64,000 nucleotides of DNA from an uncultured Solirubrobacterales bacterium (lineage in GTDB: Bacteria; Actinomycetota; Thermoleophilia; Solirubrobacterales; Solirubrobacteraceae). Shown piece by piece: positions 60,174-64,000 of this stretch. The notes below the pieces were generated by a model. That model saw only the letters and a program-made list of their open reading frames with translations. It did not search any database and was not told the DNA's origin. Position numbers and translations under genes: made by a program. Numbering within the stretch: the stretch's first letter is position 1; every line of letters begins with the position of its first letter. The stretch lies in NCBI GenBank assembly GCA_963813805.1, contig CAWEZZ010000002.1, positions 176,558 to 240,557 of the forward strand, in the 5' to 3' direction.

Positions 60174-62582
60174 GTGTCCGTAGACGGGGAGTTCGATACC
60201 GCAATTGCGGCTGTGGAGGCGAGGCTTCGTGAGCTCGACAGTGCGCGCGAGGCGGCGACTCACGAGCTGGCCGAGCTCCGCGCCCAGAGCGAGCGGGAGA
60301 TCTCAGACGGCGCGGACGAGGATGAAGTTAATCGGCCGGGATCCTGGACGCCGCAACGCAAGGTCGAGCTGTTCGCCAGCCTCTTCCGTGGCCGCGAGGA
60401 CGTCTTCCCGCATCGCTGGGAGAAACTGGCGAAGGGCAAGAGCGGGTGGGCGCCGCGCTGCGACAACGAGTGGAAGGCCGGATGCAACAAGCCACGCGTG
60501 AAGTGCGGTGAGTGTCCCAACCAGGCGTTCCCCGTCCCGGCTGAGGGCGAGTTGCTCAGGCATCTGCGGGGCCGCCATGTGATGGGCGTCTATCCGCTGC
60601 TGGCCGGCGATATGTGTCGGCTGTTGGCGATCGATCTCGATGAACGCTCGTGGCGTGCGGATGTGATGGCCCTGCGCGAGGCATGCCGCGCGCTCGGTCT
60701 CGTCCCGGCGGTCGAGCGCTCGCGCTCGGGAGAGGGTGCCCATGTCTGGTTCTTCTTCACCGATTCGGTGCAGGCAGCGCTCGCGCGGCGGTTCGGGTTG
60801 ATGCTTCTGACAGACGCGATGGCGCGCAGTCCCACGCTGGGGATGGCGTCCTACGATCGGCTGTTTCCAAGCCAGGACACGCTGCCGAAGGGAGGCTTCG
60901 GGAACCTCATCGCGCTGCCGCTCCAGCTGCAGGCACGCCAGCGCGGCAACACGCTGTTCGTGGACGAGCGCCTGGAGCCGTTCGAGGACCAGTGGTCCTA
61001 CCTGGAGTCGCTGCCGCGGCTCGCCCCGGCTCGTCTGCAGGAGCTGGTGGCCCGTGGGCTCGGTGACGGCCGCGTCCTCGGCGTGCCCGAGGAGACGGAG
61101 AACAGCGACGCGCCGTGGCGCCCGGTTCGGCCGCTGACCGAGCGGCTCGCCGCCGCGGAGCTGCCCGGCACGGTAAGTGCGACGCTTGCCCAGCGCTTGT
61201 ATGTGCGCCGGGAGGGGCTGCCGCCGGTGCTGCTGGATGCGTTGAGGAGGCTCGCGGCGTTCTCCAACCCGAAGTTCCTGGAACTTCAGGCGATGCGCAA
61301 ATCCACCGCGCTTACCCCACGCGTGATCGCTTGCTTCGAGCAGACAGGCGACTTCCTGGCACTGCCACGCGGCTGTCTCGAACAACTGGAGGAGCTGCTG
61401 GCCGGGCTGAACATCGCGTTGGAGCTCTCCGACGAGCGTACGGAAGGTACGGCGCTCAAGGCGCAGTTCACGGGAAAGCTCACCGCCCGTCAAGAGAAGG
61501 CGATGCCGGCGCTGCTCGCCCACGAGCTCGGTGTCCTGTGCGCACCGCCGGGCATCGGCAAGACCGTCATCGCTACCCGGCTGATCGCAGACCGCGCACG
61601 CTCGACGCTCGTGCTCGTCCATCGCAAGCCGCTGCTCGAACAGTGGGTCAAGCGCCTGAACGAGTTCCTCGATCTCGATGCGAATGAGATCGGGACGATC
61701 GGCGGCGGTCGCGGCAAGCCCACGGGCAAGGTGGACGTAGCGATGGTCCAGAGCCTGGCTCGTCACAAGACGCTCGACCAGTTGCTGGCTGGCTACGGTC
61801 ACATCGTCGTGGATGAGTGCCACCACGTCCCGGCTGTGACGACCGAGCGCGTCCTCCAAGCCTCACCCGCGCGCTACGTGACCGGGCTGACCGCCACACC
61901 GAAGCGCCGCGACGGACACCATCCGATCATCACGATGCAGTGCGGGCCGGTCCGCCACACGATCGAGCCCGACGCGACCCGCTCAACACAGCCACTCGTG
62001 CTGAGCGTCGTGCGCCGCGACACCACCTTCGACCCCGAGACACTCCCCACTGACGCGAGCATCCAGGAGGTCTACGCCGCACTCGCGATTGATGTGCGGC
62101 GCAGCGAGATGATCGCGAAGGACACGCTCAAGCTGGCGGCACAGGGCCGCAGCCCGATCGTGCTGACAGAACGGCGCGAGCACCTGCAACAACTGGCCGA
62201 ACGCCTTGCGGATATCCACACGCTCATCGTCCTACACGGCGACATGCGACCAGCCGAGCACCGCGCCGCGCTTGAGCAACTCGCCAGCGACGGTACCAAC
62301 GACAGCGGTGGGCGGGTGGTGCTCGCCACCGGCCGCTACATCGGCGAGGGCTTCGACGACCCATGCCTCGACACGTTGCTGCTCGCCATGCCGATCGCAT
62401 GGAAGGGCACCGTCGTCCAGTATGCCGGACGTCTCCACCGCGCCCATCCCGGCAAGCACGACGCGCTCATCTACGACTACGTCGACGTCGAGCTGCCCGT
62501 CCTGCGCCGCATGTTCGCCAAGCGCCTGCGGGCCTACCGATCACTCGGGTACGAGCTGACCGAGGCGTCGGGAACACGGTGA
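60174..62582 (+). CDS. AEP-TOTE primase-like domain fused to an SF2 helicase
   Basis: FRGREDVF, CxNEW..C...CxxC, GVYPLL, AIDLD, ERSRSGEGAHVW, FGNLIALPLQ; PPGIGKT, DECHH, LTATP, QYAGR. Confidence 0.88.
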   Translation: MSVDGEFDTAIAAVEARLRELDSAREAATHELAELRAQSEREISDGADEDEVNRPGSWTPQRKVELFASLFRGREDVFPHRWEKLAKGKSGWAPRCDNEWKAGCNKPRVKCGECPNQAFPVPAEGELLRHLRGRHVMGVYPLLAGDMCRLLAIDLDERSWRADVMALREACRALGLVPAVERSRSGEGAHVWFFFTDSVQAALARRFGLMLLTDAMARSPTLGMASYDRLFPSQDTLPKGGFGNLIALPLQLQARQRGNTLFVDERLEPFEDQWSYLESLPRLAPARLQELVARGLGDGRVLGVPEETENSDAPWRPVRPLTERLAAAELPGTVSATLAQRLYVRREGLPPVLLDALRRLAAFSNPKFLELQAMRKSTALTPRVIACFEQTGDFLALPRGCLEQLEELLAGLNIALELSDERTEGTALKAQFTGKLTARQEKAMPALLAHELGVLCAPPGIGKTVIATRLIADRARSTLVLVHRKPLLEQWVKRLNEFLDLDANEIGTIGGGRGKPTGKVDVAMVQSLARHKTLDQLLAGYGHIVVDECHHVPAVTTERVLQASPARYVTGLTATPKRRDGHHPIITMQCGPVRHTIEPDATRSTQPLVLSVVRRDTTFDPETLPTDASIQEVYAALAIDVRRSEMIAKDTLKLAAQGRSPIVLTERREHLQQLAERLADIHTLIVLHGDMRPAEHRAALEQLASDGTNDSGGRVVLATGRYIGEGFDDPCLDTLLLAMPIAWKGTVVQYAGRLHRAHPGKHDALIYDYVDVELPVLRRMFAKRLRAYRSLGYELTEASGTR

Positions 62583-62707
62583 TTCCAGCGGTGAGGCGTG
62601 GATTGAGGCGTGCTGCTCGGCCATCCCAGCGAAGCGTCCCTCCTGCCGAGCGGTGCTTGCCTTCGGGCCGTCGCCGGGCGGCCAAAACGACCTCTTGCGG
62701 CGCTGTT

Positions 62708-62731
62708 TGGTACCCACGAGTGGTACCCACG
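62708..62731. repeat. Direct repeat TGGTACCCACG x2, putative integrase arm-type sites
   Basis: Located 55-80 bp inside the att core. Confidence 0.55.
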
Positions 62732-62789
62732 GACTTTTGCGCCTACAAACGCCTCCTCCGAATAGCCTCAAAACAGGCTAATTTAAAAG

Positions 62790-62862
62790 TGGGCCGTGCA
62801 GGAATCGAACCTGCAACCTTGGGCTTAAGAGGCCCCTGCTCTGCCGGTTGAGCTAACGGCCC
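62790..62862 (-). tRNA. tRNA-Lys(CTT)
   Basis: GGGCCGTTAGCTCAACCGGCAGAGCA...GGGC-CTCTTAA-GCCC...GGTTCGATTCC...CGGCCCA. Confidence 0.95.
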
Positions 62863-62944
62863 GTGAGGGCGCCGGCGGGCGTCTGCCGGCTCGACGTGAG
62901 ATTCTAGCCGAGGCGGCGCGGGCTGGCCGTCGGCGCCTGGCCGT

Positions 62945-63871
62945 TCAGAACACGACCGTTCGCCGCCCGTCGACGATTACGCGGTCGTCGAGGTGCAACG
63001 ACACGGCCCGGGCCAGGACCAAGCGCTCGATGTCGCGGCCGACGCGCGCGAGGGCGGCCGCGCTCTGACGATGGTCGACGCGAACCACATCCTGGTCGAT
63101 GATTGGCCCGTCGTCGAGCTCCTCCGTCACGTAGTGCGCGGTTGCCCCGATCAACTTGACCCCCCGCTCGCGCGCACGGCTATAGGGATCGGCTCCGGCG
63201 AACGCGGGCAGGAAGGAGTGGTGGATGTTGATCGCCGGCATCCCCATCCGCTCCAGAAACTCGCCGCTGAGGATCTGCATATACCGCGCGAGCACCAGCA
63301 CGTCGGCCCTACCCTTCAGCAGCTCGAGCATCGCGGCCTCGGCATCCTCCTTGCCGCCCTGCGAGACCGGCACGTGATGGTAAGCGACGCCGCCCGCCGC
63401 CTCGACCTCCCGGCGCAGATCGTCGTGGTTTGAGATCACAGCGACCACGTCGCCGTCGAGCTCGCCGCGGCGCCAGCGCCACAGCAGGTCGACTAGGCAG
63501 TGGTCATGGCGGGAGACCAGGATCGCGATCCGCCTGCGCTCGCCCCACCAGCGGATCTCCCAGTCCATCTGGAAACGAGCGGCGACCTCCTCCGCGAAGC
63601 GCGCTCCGAAGCGCTCGCGCGCGGCCGGCTCGTTGGCCAGCCCCTCCAGGAACAGCTCGGTGCGCATGAAGAACCTGCCGCCGGTCGGGTCGGAGGAGTA
63701 CTGGTGGGAGGAGACGATGTTCGCGCCCAACTCGAACAGAAAGCCCGACACCGCCGCGACGATCCCGGGCCGGTCCGCGCAGCCGATCAGCAGGCGCGCC
63801 GTGTAGGGCGGCGCCCGCCCGTCCCCGGTGCGTGCCTCAGTGGCCGCAAGCGTCTCGTCCGAGCCAGCCAC
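62945..63871 (-). CDS. purU: Formyltetrahydrofolate deformylase
   Basis: ACT domain [40 protein letters not shown]. Confidence 0.96.
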   Translation of the reverse strand: MAGSDETLAATEARTGDGRAPPYTARLLIGCADRPGIVAAVSGFLFELGANIVSSHQYSSDPTGGRFFMRTELFLEGLANEPAARERFGARFAEEVAARFQMDWEIRWWGERRRIAILVSRHDHCLVDLLWRWRRGELDGDVVAVISNHDDLRREVEAAGGVAYHHVPVSQGGKEDAEAAMLELLKGRADVLVLARYMQILSGEFLERMGMPAINIHHSFLPAFAGADPYSRARERGVKLIGATAHYVTEELDDGPIIDQDVVRVDHRQSAAALARVGRDIERLVLARAVSLHLDDRVIVDGRRTVVF

Positions 63872-63886
63872 GCGAGCGCGCTCCCG

Positions 63887-64000
63887 CTATTTCTTGGTCG
63901 GCGTGGACGTGCCGGTAGTGCTGCTCGCGCCCCCATGGATGGAGTAGGTCTTGCCACCGATCGTGACGGTGCCGCTGGAGCCGCCTGCCGCGCTGCTCGT
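63887..64000 (-). CDS. 3' end of a CDS running off the window (Ser/Thr/Gly-rich tail ...TSTPTKK)
   Basis: Open frame to TAG at 63887 with coding-like codon usage. Confidence 0.5.
   Translation of the reverse strand, partial: TSSAAGGSSGTVTIGGKTYSIHGGASSTTGTSTPTKK

Larger units (their letters stand above)
56810..62824. mobile_element. Genomic island integrated at tRNA-Lys (no integrase gene inside)
   Basis: 39-bp direct repeats; toxin-antitoxin, HNH, excisionase and primase-helicase cargo. Confidence 0.85.

Overview
High-GC chromosomal segment whose gene content and order suggest an actinomycete of the Thermoleophilia/Solirubrobacterales type (inference from gene repertoire, not a database result). 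Most of it is housekeeping: 5'-3' exonuclease, ychF, mce, an FtsH paralog, an M20 peptidase with an opp/dpp ABC operon, rarA, a heme/cytochrome-c maturation operon (sirC-ccmABCD-hemA-hemC-cobA/hemD-birA), galT, pyrE, a cell-envelope cluster, infA-thiL, treT-otsA, rpsF-ssb-rpsR-rplI, dnaB, purA and purU. There are two tRNAs (Arg-CCT, Lys-CTT). Mobile or accessory parts: one complete IS (33088-34700); two 161-bp MITE-like elements with co-varying terminal stems; a ~6-kb island without an integrase, bounded by a 39-bp tRNA-Lys 3' duplication (Xre-RES toxin-antitoxin, decayed HNH, excisionase, AEP-TOTE primase-helicase), with a flanking Fic gene; and a small cassette beside tRNA-Arg (SCO5918-like/DUF5678-like protein plus retropepsin). 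The most unusual non-coding signal is three abutting perfect 24-bp CATG-centred palindromes upstream of the heme operon. Several single-base frameshifts, one of them in essential dnaB, suggest assembly indel errors, so frameshift calls carry that caveat. No CRISPR array is present.
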